Notes: generated by a model from the letters alone, not told the origin. A stretch of 38,080 bases of DNA from a virus (IMGVR_UViG_3300035180_000540:1-38080), one strand, 5' to 3'; shown: positions 9,004-18,745, numbered from the stretch's first letter. A program made the numbers and translations.

Positions 9004-10401
9004 GTGGCAACTTTAAATTTCGGGCGTGTAGGTTTTGTTAATAAAGGAGCTTATGTAGATGCAACAGAATTATTACCACATAAGGTAAATGATATTGTTC
9101 AATATAATAATGGAACATACGCATGTATTCAAGCGCATAGCTCTACACAATTACCTACTAACATATCATATTGGCAAAAGTGGGCAGATTATGGTATACA
9201 CACAGTATCAGATATTTCATCAACTGTTAATGGTTCGGCAGACTCTCAGTATATTAATTATTTTCCTGGTACATCAGGATTAAGTACAGGATACTTATCG
9301 ATAAAAATTACTGGATTAGTTAGTGCTACATATTCATCAGTAGACCTTGGATATATGGAAATAACTGTAGTACAAGACGACAGAGATAGAACACTTGGAA
9401 CAAACCCACCATCATATAAGTTTATGATTAAAGGGAACATGGATTCTGGTGTTTGGTATAACACACAAGCTATTTACTTAGGTTCTAGTATTAATATTCC
9501 AATTAATGTAAGATTTACTCGTACGGCTACTGATGCCTATATTGAGATTGGTGAAACTACAAGCCAATGGTACTATCCAATCGTAGAAGTATCCCACGTA
9601 GTCGGATATGCAGTTAGTGGATATACTCCAATATTCTTAGCTACTATTCAAGCTTCTTTAATGGGTACTACAATAGATAGTATTATCTTAGCATCATTTT
9701 ATAAAGAGGACTCATTAGGCACCCCTATTGCTTCTGCATCAACTACAACTATTGGAACGCTTGGAGGAGGAGATAGCTTACATATTACGGGAACTACTAC
9801 TATCAATAGCTTTGGGGTATCTACTACTGGTGCTTTGCGTATTATAACATTTGATGATTCATTAACACTTACTCATAATAATACAAGCCTAATTTTACCA
9901 ACAAGTGCAAATATTGTTACTGCCGTAGGAGATGTAGCGGAATTTATATGCGAAAACGGAACAAGTGGTTATTGGAGATGTATTGGATATCAGAGAAAAG
10001 ATGGTACCGCATTAAAAATTATTTCTATTCCATCTTCAGCTGTTGGAATAACACAAGCAGCAGGAACTAATACTACTCAGTTAGCTACTACTGCTTTTAC
10101 TAAAGCAGAAATAATAGCAACAGTATCTGGTGCTAACATATCTGCTAGTACAAATGGCTATCAAAAGCTTCCAAGTGGACTTATTATTCAGTGGGGGAGC
10201 TTTAATCAAACTGCACAAAGTACAAGCTTTAATTTCCCTATTTCGTTTCCAAATAACTGTTTCGTTGTAACGGCTACACTTCAGGGGAATGCGTCTCAAT
10301 CAGCAAGTGCCATTATCAATGTATCAGTATCTGGTGCTGCTTCAATGAGAGATTCAGTTGTTACTAATTTAGGGATAAGCTACATTGCAATTGGAAATTA
10401 A
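9004..10401 (+). CDS. Tail fibre / receptor-binding protein 1
   Basis: GTG start with AGGAG SD; S/T-rich beta protein; TQLATTAF motif; C-terminal [27 protein letters not shown] fibre-tip domain. Confidence 0.85.
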   Translation: MATLNFGRVGFVNKGAYVDATELLPHKVNDIVQYNNGTYACIQAHSSTQLPTNISYWQKWADYGIHTVSDISSTVNGSADSQYINYFPGTSGLSTGYLSIKITGLVSATYSSVDLGYMEITVVQDDRDRTLGTNPPSYKFMIKGNMDSGVWYNTQAIYLGSSINIPINVRFTRTATDAYIEIGETTSQWYYPIVEVSHVVGYAVSGYTPIFLATIQASLMGTTIDSIILASFYKEDSLGTPIASASTTTIGTLGGGDSLHITGTTTINSFGVSTTGALRIITFDDSLTLTHNNTSLILPTSANIVTAVGDVAEFICENGTSGYWRCIGYQRKDGTALKIISIPSSAVGITQAAGTNTTQLATTAFTKAEIIATVSGANISASTNGYQKLPSGLIIQWGSFNQTAQSTSFNFPISFPNNCFVVTATLQGNASQSASAIINVSVSGAASMRDSVVTNLGISYIAIGN

Positions 10402-10410
10402 GGATAAATA

Positions 10411-10935
10411 ATGAAATACACAACACTAGATGCAAACGGACTTCCAACAGCTTTTTATTCAGATGATATTCACGAGAATATTCCAGTAGATGCAATTCAG
10501 ATTACAGATGAACAATGGCAAGAATGTATAAATAACCAAGGAACAAGACAGTTTATTGATGGTGTTTTAGTTACTTATGTAGCACCAGTTACACTAGCGC
10601 AGGCAAAGGATATAAAATTAGCAGAAGTAAAAGTAGCATATAACACTACTGTGTCTGCTTTAGTTGGAAATACTGATGAGTTCGAGCTAACCTCTTGGAG
10701 TATACAAGAATCCGAAGCAAGAGCTTATGTAGCAAGTAATACAGCCATAACTCCTTTACTATCAGGTATAATTATAGCTCGTGGACTTGGGGAAACAGTA
10801 GAGCAGTTTGCTAATTTAATTATTGCTAATGCAGATGCTTATCGAGTTGCTTATGCAAATATCTTAGGGACTTATCAAGCTAAACAAAAAGCTATCAATG
10901 TGGCTCTAACAGTTTCAGAAGTTCAATCTATTTAA
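10411..10935 (+). CDS. Tail fibre assembly/chaperone protein 1
   Basis: FYSDDIH..IPVDAIQITDEQW Tfa-like N-terminus, SWSIQESEARAY motif, directly after the fibre gene. Confidence 0.75.
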   Translation: MKYTTLDANGLPTAFYSDDIHENIPVDAIQITDEQWQECINNQGTRQFIDGVLVTYVAPVTLAQAKDIKLAEVKVAYNTTVSALVGNTDEFELTSWSIQESEARAYVASNTAITPLLSGIIIARGLGETVEQFANLIIANADAYRVAYANILGTYQAKQKAINVALTVSEVQSI

Positions 10936-11027
10936 TTATAGATAAGCAAGAACTATTAGTAAATTACTTTAGTTCATTTACATCAACTCTATCATTTATT
11001 GATGGAGAATTTATACTAATATATTAA
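10931..11027 (+). pseudogene. Start-less diverged copy of the 3' end of the anchor gene (8900-8995)
   Basis: Frame ending in TAA at 11025-11027 reads ELLVNYFSSFTSTLSFIDGEFILIY*; the anchor ends ELNVSYVDGATSTPSLVDGEFIITY*. Confidence 0.8.
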
Positions 11028-11036
11028 GGGGAATGT

Positions 11037-12320
11037 ATGCAAACATTAAATCTAGGTAGAATAGGTATCGTAAACAAAGGTGCATATATAGGCGGAACTA
11101 CAATATACAAAGTGAATGATATATGTATGTATAATAATTCAGTATATATCTGTATTCAAGCACATAGCACTAATCATCTACCTACTGATGTACTATACTG
11201 GACTGCGTGGATTGATCTTACTCAGATTGCACTGTTAGCATCTCCAGCACTAACTGGAACTCCAACAGCTCCTACGCCTACTGCTGGAACAAATAATACT
11301 CAGTTAGCTACAACTGGATTTGTTATAGGAGAAAAAGGCGGAAGAAGAAACTACTTAATTAATGGTAACTTTGATAAGTGGGATTATGCTACAAGTCAGA
11401 CAACAGCAGGATATGGTTCTGATAATAGATGGTATAATGGCAATGTAGGTTCAACTAAAACACATTCACAGGTAGCTTGTACAGATACAGAAAGAGCATT
11501 ATTCAATGCTATGTATTTTAGTAGAACAGTTGTATCAAGCGTAGCTGGTGCTGGGAATTATGCTATAAAGCAACAATCAATAGAGAATGTAAATATACTT
11601 GCAGGTAAAACTATTACTTTATCATTTTGGGCTAAAGCAGACTCTCCTAAGAATATAGCTATTGAGTTTTTACAAGTTTTTGGCACAGGTGGAACTCCTA
11701 GTGCGTCTACTATTAGTATTAGTTCACAACTAGTTTCTTTAACAACAACTTGGCAGAAGAAAACTATTACTGTAACTATTCCTTCTATCGTTGGTAAAAC
11801 ACTAGGAACAGATGGAGTACAAACTACTGCTACAGCATTAGATTTTTGGTTTGATTCTGGTAGCAATACTGCTTCACGTTCAGCTAACTTAGGTCAACAG
11901 TCAGGTACATTCGATATTGCTCAAGTTAAGATTGAAGATGGTTTAGTAGCTACTAATGCTTGGTATCCTTATGATGGTGAGTTTGGTGGAGAGGTTGCTG
12001 CTTGCCAGAGATACTTTAGTAAAATACAAGTAGCGTATGCTACTAGGGGCGGAGTAACGACTGGCGTCAATAGAATTTCCGCAAATATAGGAGTTCCGAT
12101 GAGAATTAACCCATCATTATCTATAGTTGGCTCAATAACTATTTACAGTGCTACTACTAGTGTTTCTGCAGCATTAAGCACATTAGGTACTAGTTATTCT
12201 ACAACAACAAGTATGCAATGTGACGGTACTACTTCGGCAAGTCTTGGAGGGTCACAGGGAGATATGCTTATTATTCTTACTGACCCTAGTGGGTATATTT
12301 CTCTATCAGCAGAACTATAA
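11037..12320 (+). CDS. Tail fibre / receptor-binding protein 2
   Basis: First ~60 aa are paralogous to fibre 1; LASPALTGTPTAPT..TQLATT, RNYLINGNFDKW and EVAACQRYF fibre motifs. Confidence 0.85.
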   Translation: MQTLNLGRIGIVNKGAYIGGTTIYKVNDICMYNNSVYICIQAHSTNHLPTDVLYWTAWIDLTQIALLASPALTGTPTAPTPTAGTNNTQLATTGFVIGEKGGRRNYLINGNFDKWDYATSQTTAGYGSDNRWYNGNVGSTKTHSQVACTDTERALFNAMYFSRTVVSSVAGAGNYAIKQQSIENVNILAGKTITLSFWAKADSPKNIAIEFLQVFGTGGTPSASTISISSQLVSLTTTWQKKTITVTIPSIVGKTLGTDGVQTTATALDFWFDSGSNTASRSANLGQQSGTFDIAQVKIEDGLVATNAWYPYDGEFGGEVAACQRYFSKIQVAYATRGGVTTGVNRISANIGVPMRINPSLSIVGSITIYSATTSVSAALSTLGTSYSTTTSMQCDGTTSASLGGSQGDMLIILTDPSGYISLSAEL

Positions 12321-12336
12321 AAAAAAGGATTAAACA

Positions 12337-12780
12337 ATGGTAAATATAATGGAAATTATATCAGTTAAAATACAAGGTAATGGTTGGTTACTAAATGGAA
12401 AAATGTCAGTACCTAACGCTTCAGGAAATAGAGAAAGAGAAGCTATTATGTCTTGGATTGCAGAGGGTAATACCCCTGAACCAGAGTTTACAGATGCAGA
12501 AATTTTATCTAAATCAATCACACGCTTAGAAAGCACAACAGACGCTTACATCCAAAGTAAAATAGATGTGTATAATTTAGCAAACGGTGTGAAGTTTAAA
12601 AATATTGACTCTTTTTCTAAGTACGCAGTAAACACAGCAAGCCAACATAACGCTATTGCAAACCAATTTATAGCATATGCAGATAATATTTGGAAAACTG
12701 TTCGTGCATATCAGTCTGTTGCTATCACTATTCCAACAGATGAAGAATTTAAAGTAATACTAGATGGAGTTGCTTTCTAA
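12337..12780 (+). CDS. Putative tail fibre assembly protein 2
   Basis: VPNASGNRE..WIAEGNTPEP motif typical of genes that follow fibres. Confidence 0.65.
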   Translation: MVNIMEIISVKIQGNGWLLNGKMSVPNASGNREREAIMSWIAEGNTPEPEFTDAEILSKSITRLESTTDAYIQSKIDVYNLANGVKFKNIDSFSKYAVNTASQHNAIANQFIAYADNIWKTVRAYQSVAITIPTDEEFKVILDGVAF

Positions 12781-13187
12781 TGAAATCATTTAACGGAGAT
12801 GTAATACTAGAAGAGATGAAAAATGGATATTGGAAACTACAAGATAATTTTAGTTATGAAAATGACTCTATTCAAGTAACTATTAAGTCTAATTTTATTA
12901 CAGATGGTGCTTCGATTCCAAAAATGTTTTGGAGTATTGTCGGTAATCCTTTAGAGAATTATTTATTAAAACCTGCAATCATCCATGATGGGCTTTATAC
13001 TATTATGCAACTACCAAGAGCAAAATGTGATAAGTTATTAAAAGAGATGCTATTATTTAACGACACCTATAAACTAAAAGCAAATCTAATATATTATACT
13101 GTTAGATTATTTGGTGGTTCTCACTGGAAAAAAGATACAACTGATAAGATGAAATTTGTAGAAATAAAGGAAAAGATGTGCCATTAA
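12780..13187 (+). CDS. DUF1353 family protein
   Basis: FITDGASIP..AIIHDGLY..YYTVRLFG signature. Confidence 0.85.
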   Translation: MKSFNGDVILEEMKNGYWKLQDNFSYENDSIQVTIKSNFITDGASIPKMFWSIVGNPLENYLLKPAIIHDGLYTIMQLPRAKCDKLLKEMLLFNDTYKLKANLIYYTVRLFGGSHWKKDTTDKMKFVEIKEKMCH

Positions 13188-13495
13188 ATAATAATCCTAA
13201 TGATTTAACCCAGTGGTTTACAGCATTTTGGGTACTAGGATTGTCTGTATGGGGCGGCACTGTACATACAATAAAAAAAGTACGAGATGGAGTAATTGCA
13301 CGTTTTACATTTCGTGAATGGTTTTATGATATTATTACGTCAGGATTTATTGGTGTAGTTACGTATTTTTTATGTAAGTCAGCAGGGTTTGATGAGTATA
13401 TTAGTGCAGGTATGATTGGTATAGCATCGCATCAAGGTACTAGAGCTTTACTCGTTATTGAACAATTAATCACAAAACGATTGGAGAATAAATAA
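13178..13495 (+). CDS. Holin (LydA-like)
   Basis: Three hydrophobic segments, WGG and IASHQGTRAL motifs, directly before the endolysin. Confidence 0.8.
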   Translation: MPLNNNPNDLTQWFTAFWVLGLSVWGGTVHTIKKVRDGVIARFTFREWFYDIITSGFIGVVTYFLCKSAGFDEYISAGMIGIASHQGTRALLVIEQLITKRLENK

Positions 13496-13956
13496 TGGAA
13501 TTAAAATATTCACCGTACTTTACATTTATGGAACTAACAGATAGTACATCGCATCCAGAACTTGTTGAAAAAAATAGAGAAGATGCAATTAAGTATCAAA
13601 ATTCAGGAATGAAACTATCTATACTTTTAGAGTCAATTCGTCACGTTCTAGGAGATAAACCATTAAAAGTTGATAGTGGTTTTCGTAATGAAGCTCTTAA
13701 CTTAGCAGTTGGTTCAAAGGCTATAAATTCGAAGCATACTCTATTTGAAGCTTGTGATATTGTACCAAGTGGAATGAGTATTAAAGAAGCTTTTGCAGCA
13801 CTTATGGTAGCTCATAAAGATGGGTTATTACCTGATTTACGTAAAGTATTACAAGAAGGTTCGTGGCTTCATTGTGAAGTTAGTACAAGTGTTGGAGACT
13901 ATCGTGGTTTCTTTGTATCTAAAGATGGAAACATCACATTTGAAAAGGTTGCATAA
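13495..13956 (+). CDS. Endolysin, peptidase M15 family
   Basis: YFTFMEL, SGFRN..N.AVG, SKH....ACD and WLH zinc-binding motifs. Confidence 0.88.
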   Translation: MELKYSPYFTFMELTDSTSHPELVEKNREDAIKYQNSGMKLSILLESIRHVLGDKPLKVDSGFRNEALNLAVGSKAINSKHTLFEACDIVPSGMSIKEAFAALMVAHKDGLLPDLRKVLQEGSWLHCEVSTSVGDYRGFFVSKDGNITFEKVA

Positions 13957-16008
13957 ATGGGCTTAGATAGAACAAAAATAATTCAAGATGTATATAGTTC
14001 TCCTATTACTAGATCAGTATTGGGTAACTATAATACAGTTATTAATGGTAGTGACTTTGCAGTACAACGTACAACAAACAACGGTCAGTTATTAGTAGAG
14101 TTAAGTGCTGATCCACTTGCAGAAGATACGCTATCATATTTGGAGTATCTAGGAACAGTAACTCCACCATTCAATCTTGATGTACCACTAAGTATCTCAC
14201 AGCGTTCAAGAGGACAGTTCTTTGAATTAAGTATGATTCAGAAGCTATCCAATGCAACAGATATGTTTACTGTATCACCTGCTATTGCTATGACAAGTAT
14301 TTCACAGTCTAGTACTACAATTACTATTATATTAGCTACTCCTACAAATATACAAGTAGGTGAGTGGTTTAATACATATGGTGTAGATGATAGTAGATTG
14401 AATATCTGTAATGCAGTAGTTTCAAGTGTATCAGCTGATAAGCTAACTATTACTTGTGGATATACTGGAGATGTAGTTAATACGTCTCTTACTATTTCAG
14501 CTATTACAAGTCTAGGATATTTTAAACCACAAGATAAGCCATCATCTTCTCTCAATGGAGCATCGTATGTATTTAGTGGAACAAGTGCTACATCAGCATC
14601 ATTACTACTTCAGGCATCAGGTAGTAATGTAAGAACTAGCGGAACTAATGCAACTAGCCATTTACTTACAAATGCCTCAACTACACCAGTTTTTGTTAAT
14701 GCCGGTAATAGTCAATTTGAGATTAAACCTACATCATCTTTTGAACTTGAAATAGATAAGACATCAGTAGGATTCCTTGACTATGGTGTAGATAGTGCAG
14801 CTGCTCAATCAGCTGTAAGATTACTACAAGAAACTGGAATACCTGAATACTATGCAGGCTATACACCATTACTACGTGCTCTTACTTCTAAGTCTACAAC
14901 AAGACCAGTAGCTAAGATTGTATCAGCTGTAAAAAGTGGTACAACTACAGCAACGATTACTACTGATGTGGTACATGGATTAATAGCAAATAAAAGTGTA
15001 GTAGATATTATTGGATGTAGAGATCAAACTAACTTTATCACAACTACTGGGATTACTATTGCTACAGTACCAACATCTAATACATTCACAATAGTTTTTG
15101 GAACAGCAGTAACAGCAAATACTTATGGGGGGTCTGTAAGTCTACGAAATGGTAGCAACTCTACAGTAGGTAATGCTGCCCAAGCTATCCAGTCACTATC
15201 AATTGATGCCAATGGAATAATGTCAGTAGTTGGTTCTTCTACATGGAGCGGCATTACAGTAGGAGAATATGTAAACCTACATGGTGTGCGTGCTGATCTA
15301 ACTGGAGTAGACTTAGGTTTCGATGGTGCCTATGTGCTTATTGACTTAAATGGCACTACTATGAAGCTAAAAGCTGTACTTAATCCTGATGGAACTAATA
15401 CAAAAAATGGACTAGGAATAAATGTAACTCCGGCTATGCCAGTTACTTCTAGTGTAAACTGTGGTGGTTCTGTAATTATGAGAACTACTGGACGTATTCA
15501 TGATTTAAGATTAGAAGAACGTAACTATAAAGCTGTTAAGATTTGGGGACAAGGTGAGAGCAGAACAGATATAGCTTTACCAGTTACCGTGCAGAATACA
15601 TCTACAGTTGCTATAAGTGGTACACCAACAGTAGTTTCTACTTTGAATCCAGCAACTTCTGGTGCAACTTCTGGTGCAACTATGGCATCATATATTCTAG
15701 CAGCTACAACTAACTCACAATTGGTTATTACTGGTGCTAAGAACTTATTTACTATTGATGTATCTAATGACTCAGCTACAAAGTTTTGGCTAAAAATATA
15801 TAATAAAGCTACTGCTCCAACTGTTGGTACTGATGTTCCAGTATTACGTTACTTAGTTCCTGCTAATACAATGCTAGAACTTCAAATCCCACAATACTAT
15901 GGAGCTTACTTCTCATTAGGTATTGGGTTTGCTACTACTGGGCTAGTTGCTGACTCAGATACAACTGCTATCACTGCTGGTTCAGTAGTTACTATAAACT
16001 ATAAATAA
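13957..16008 (+). CDS. Large S/T/V-rich beta-sheet protein, probably a virion appendage or decoration protein
   Basis: Three similar small beta modules (TNIQVGEWFNTYGV, HGLIANKSVVDIIG, SGITVGEYVNLHGV); C-terminal LKIYNKATAPTVGTDVP domain; no signal peptide or TM segment visible. Confidence 0.5.
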   Translation: MGLDRTKIIQDVYSSPITRSVLGNYNTVINGSDFAVQRTTNNGQLLVELSADPLAEDTLSYLEYLGTVTPPFNLDVPLSISQRSRGQFFELSMIQKLSNATDMFTVSPAIAMTSISQSSTTITIILATPTNIQVGEWFNTYGVDDSRLNICNAVVSSVSADKLTITCGYTGDVVNTSLTISAITSLGYFKPQDKPSSSLNGASYVFSGTSATSASLLLQASGSNVRTSGTNATSHLLTNASTTPVFVNAGNSQFEIKPTSSFELEIDKTSVGFLDYGVDSAAAQSAVRLLQETGIPEYYAGYTPLLRALTSKSTTRPVAKIVSAVKSGTTTATITTDVVHGLIANKSVVDIIGCRDQTNFITTTGITIATVPTSNTFTIVFGTAVTANTYGGSVSLRNGSNSTVGNAAQAIQSLSIDANGIMSVVGSSTWSGITVGEYVNLHGVRADLTGVDLGFDGAYVLIDLNGTTMKLKAVLNPDGTNTKNGLGINVTPAMPVTSSVNCGGSVIMRTTGRIHDLRLEERNYKAVKIWGQGESRTDIALPVTVQNTSTVAISGTPTVVSTLNPATSGATSGATMASYILAATTNSQLVITGAKNLFTIDVSNDSATKFWLKIYNKATAPTVGTDVPVLRYLVPANTMLELQIPQYYGAYFSLGIGFATTGLVADSDTTAITAGSVVTINYK

Positions 16009-16098
16009 TGATATCTAAAAATAAAAAAATATCAACTCACCCTCTATATAATACTATTTGGAGTGAGATTGGTACAGCAATTAACCAAAGGGACTAGC

Positions 16099-16308
16099 AT
16101 GAAAAATATATCAGATAGTGTTCGTCCTATCCTTACATACCTTTTTGCAGTATTATATATCGGTGTTAGTACATGGGGAGTTATGATTGGTAAGATTGAG
16201 TTCTCTATGTATTTTGCCCAGATAGGTACTATGGTTGGAATGATGGTGTCATTCTGGTTTGGGGAAAAATCGGCTCTTAAAAACCCAAATGCTGGAACTG
16301 AACAATGA
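16099..16308 (+). CDS. Second holin-like two-TM membrane protein (start revised from 16063)
   Basis: AAGGGA SD before ATG 16099; VRPILTY..two TM helices..FWFG pattern. Confidence 0.6.
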   Translation: MKNISDSVRPILTYLFAVLYIGVSTWGVMIGKIEFSMYFAQIGTMVGMMVSFWFGEKSALKNPNAGTEQ

Positions 16309-16661
16309 TTTTATTCCTAGTTAAAAAATACTGGTTTAATGTAGTTATTATTTCTGTAATATCATTGACATATTTATATATAATTGGATTAAAGAGAGAG
16401 TTATCATCTCTTAATAAAGATAATTCAGTCCTACAAAGTAAATTAAATGAAAGCAATGCTTATTTACACGTTCAAAATTCCACTATACTTGCAAACCAAG
16501 CTGATTACAATGCTTCTATCGAAAAATTGCCAACAGTACTACATAAGATAGATACAAAGTATGTAACTAAAACAATAGAAATTGAAAAATGGAGGGATAA
16601 TAATGCTTCACAAAACGATTGTAACGACTCCATTAGCTATATTAATAATTATAAGTTTTAA
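16305..16661 (+). CDS. Inner-membrane spanin (Rz-like)
   Basis: N-terminal TM helix, coiled coil, C-terminal Cys; overlaps a lipoprotein gene. Confidence 0.7.
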   Translation: MILFLVKKYWFNVVIISVISLTYLYIIGLKRELSSLNKDNSVLQSKLNESNAYLHVQNSTILANQADYNASIEKLPTVLHKIDTKYVTKTIEIEKWRDNNASQNDCNDSISYINNYKF

Positions 16662-16866
16662 TCTAGCAGGATGTAGTAAACCACAACCAGAACCTAAAAT
16701 TATATATATACCTCAAAAGTGTATTATTCCTACCGTTGAAGAGCCAACTATTGATAATACTAGCTATACAAGAAGTAAAGATATAATCGCTAAAGCTATA
16801 TTAAACTATGAGGCTATGAAAAAATATGCTGAGAAGTTACTATCATCTCAAGAGGTTTGTAAGTAG
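16603..16866 (+). CDS. Outer-membrane spanin lipoprotein (Rz1-like; start revised from 16582)
   Basis: GGAGG SD, signal peptide with lipobox LAGC, Pro-rich mature part. Confidence 0.75.
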   Translation: MLHKTIVTTPLAILIIISFNLAGCSKPQPEPKIIYIPQKCIIPTVEEPTIDNTSYTRSKDIIAKAILNYEAMKKYAEKLLSSQEVCK

Positions 16867-16872
16867 ATAATT

Positions 16873-17175
16873 TTACTTATCTTGGTATGCTGTTCTAATT
16901 ATAAGCTTATCCATCAATCTTTGCATTTCAAAATAGTCATAATACCACTCTATTTTTTGAAAGTCTCTTGGTGTTAGCTCATCAGTACCAAAGTATTTTT
17001 TAAATTTTGCTTTATAATATTTTAGTGCATCATTTCTGTTCATACGTTTTGGAAGATTATTAATACGATTTAGAATATTTTTTAAATCTTGTCTAAAGTC
17101 CATATCTTCACGACCAAGGACAAATGCCTCGCCGTGTGTTAATCCTTTATATTTACTTAAAACTGCCATTATCAA
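16873..17175 (-). CDS. Hypothetical protein
   Basis: Last ORF of the tightly packed leftward arm. Confidence 0.6.
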   Translation of the reverse strand: MIMAVLSKYKGLTHGEAFVLGREDMDFRQDLKNILNRINNLPKRMNRNDALKYYKAKFKKYFGTDELTPRDFQKIEWYYDYFEMQRLMDKLIIRTAYQDK

Positions 17176-17362
17176 AACTTTCTGTTAAGTATACATCAAA
17201 ATCTTTTTCAATATAGAAATGATTTGGAACTTCTCCGTTTATAACCCATATACTATGTAACGCATCAATCTCATTTAAAAAACCTTTGCTTACTACTTTC
17301 TCATGTTCTATTACTGTAAATCGTTCTCGATCTTTTTTAATTTTGTAATTTGTTAATTTCAT
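17153..17362 (-). CDS. Hypothetical protein
   Basis: Overlap-coupled to its neighbours; GAGGA SD. Confidence 0.65.
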   Translation of the reverse strand: MKLTNYKIKKDRERFTVIEHEKVVSKGFLNEIDALHSIWVINGEVPNHFYIEKDFDVYLTESFDNGSFK

Positions 17363-17577
17363 AATTTAAAATCCTCAAAATCATTAACTTCACTATCAAT
17401 CGCCAAAGCATCGCCAAAAGTCTCTATATAATCAATTCTATGCTCTATCTCTTGATAAATAGCTATCTTTAACTCTCTATCTAATTCACTCATAGATGTA
17501 ATTATTCCATATTCAGTTAGTTTATCTTTATCCATCTTACTTATCTTACTTTTTACTTCATCCATATCAATTAACAT
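17359..17577 (-). CDS. Hypothetical acidic protein
   Basis: Coupled ORF with GAGGA SD. Confidence 0.65.
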   Translation of the reverse strand: MLIDMDEVKSKISKMDKDKLTEYGIITSMSELDRELKIAIYQEIEHRIDYIETFGDALAIDSEVNDFEDFKL

Positions 17578-18086
17578 TTAGTTTCCTCTATTTGTTTTTT
17601 CATTTTATCAAGCTTAACATAATAATGTGCTATCTCAAAGTTAAGCATTTCCAATAGTGTTGATGCTACTTTCATTGATGCGAATGTATGTTGTGATTTA
17701 AATACACTACTATCATAATATTCCTTTAGCTTCTTATCTGTAAAGCCATAAAATTTCTGAGTTTCTGGACTCTTCTTTATTATTGCAAATATTAATGATG
17801 TTACAGTTATATAATTCTTATCATTAAATTTTGCACAAGCATTATTCCAAGCGTTGTCGCTTATATGTGCGTGCATTTCCCATATCGCTCTATGTTTTCG
17901 TATCTTTAAAATATCTCTAATTAATCGATCTTTTGCGCTTCCGTTTTTAATATCGAAGTGACGTTTACGAAGTGTTTTTGCTATGTATTGTAAGTGCTTA
18001 TCTTTAATCATTTCCTCATTTGAATAGTAACCAAGTGCGCCTAAAATTATCATACCGACGCATAGTCTTTTATCAATATTTATCAT
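17571..18086 (-). CDS. Hypothetical basic helical protein
   Basis: 171-aa ORF with ATGA coupling to the upstream small ORF. Confidence 0.7.
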   Translation of the reverse strand: MINIDKRLCVGMIILGALGYYSNEEMIKDKHLQYIAKTLRKRHFDIKNGSAKDRLIRDILKIRKHRAIWEMHAHISDNAWNNACAKFNDKNYITVTSLIFAIIKKSPETQKFYGFTDKKLKEYYDSSVFKSQHTFASMKVASTLLEMLNFEIAHYYVKLDKMKKQIEETKC

Positions 18087-18235
18087 CTCAAGATCACTTT
18101 AACTATATCAACACTGCCACCTTTAGTTCTTATTTTTCTATATAGGCGTTCCGCTTGTTCTTTTGGCAATATAGTAATTTGCGTAGTGCCATCAATTCTC
18201 TCTATCACTTGATAGTGTTTACTATTGTCTTTCAT
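18083..18235 (-). CDS. Small hypothetical protein, 50 aa (not in ORF track)
   Basis: MKDNSKHYQVIERIDG..VKVILR*; AAGGA SD; ATGA overlaps at both ends. Confidence 0.7.
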   Translation of the reverse strand: MKDNSKHYQVIERIDGTTQITILPKEQAERLYRKIRTKGGSVDIVKVILR

Positions 18236-18393
18236 ATTTTTATCCTTATTATTTTACAATCCGTGTTCTCTTCCATACTCTTGAGAGTAGCAATTGTCTT
18301 ATCCGCATCTGCTTTTACTACAAATACTTGATTAAAAATTTGAGGGTTTGGCACTTCTATCGTGTAGATGAAGCATATAAGTAAGTAGCCCAT
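18232..18393 (-). CDS. Small hypothetical protein, 53 aa (not in ORF track)
   Basis: MGYLLICFIYTIEVPNP..IIRIKI*; fills the gap after YopX exactly. Confidence 0.6.
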   Translation of the reverse strand: MGYLLICFIYTIEVPNPQIFNQVFVVKADADKTIATLKSMEENTDCKIIRIKI

Positions 18394-18394
18394 T

Positions 18395-18745
18395 TTATTT
18401 ATCTTCATTTAAAAGTTCTGTATTTTTATAAATATTTCCGATTACTTCCATACATAAATCAAATATAATATGGATATCTGGTTCTAATCTTATATGTGAT
18501 TTTTCATAGCTTACTGCCATTTCAAAACGGCATCTATCTTCATTCCATATAACCTCAAAAATAGTATCAAATAAGTCTTTAATAATATCCCCCTCATAAA
18601 TCTCTACACCGTTTTTATCTTTTAATCCCGTATATTGCATAAGCACTGTACCTTTAGATATGTTTTCTCCATTTATTTTTAATATGTTTCTACCTGAATA
18701 CATTATTGAATCTGTCGTCCACGCTCTAAATTTAATCTCTCTCAT
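18395..18745 (-). CDS. YopX family protein
   Basis: MREIKFRAW..LMQYTGLKDKNGVEIYEGDI..EVIGNIY signature. Confidence 0.95.
   Translation of the reverse strand: MREIKFRAWTTDSIMYSGRNILKINGENISKGTVLMQYTGLKDKNGVEIYEGDIIKDLFDTIFEVIWNEDRCRFEMAVSYEKSHIRLEPDIHIIFDLCMEVIGNIYKNTELLNEDK

Noticed and set aside
8993-9006. Stop readthrough fusing the anchor to fibre 1, or TAG recoding
   Set aside because: Fibre 1 is in a different frame, readthrough meets TAA after six codons, fibre 1 has its own AGGAG SD, and genes are intact under the standard code.
9004-12780. DGR or invertase-driven tail fibre switching
   Set aside because: No reverse transcriptase, adenine-variable repeat pair, site-specific recombinase or inverted cassette is visible; both fibres face the same way.
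4670-14555. Minus-strand and nested track ORFs over the structural genes (4670, 5303, 5726, 6440, 7013, 7568, 8195, 9089, 9258, 10081, 11558, 12330, 14238)
   Set aside because: They are shadow frames of long, well-supported plus-strand genes and have no recognisable motifs.
16859-16880. Bidirectional terminator where the two arms converge
   Set aside because: Only a weak AT-rich hairpin with G-U pairs and no clear U tract; not enough support.
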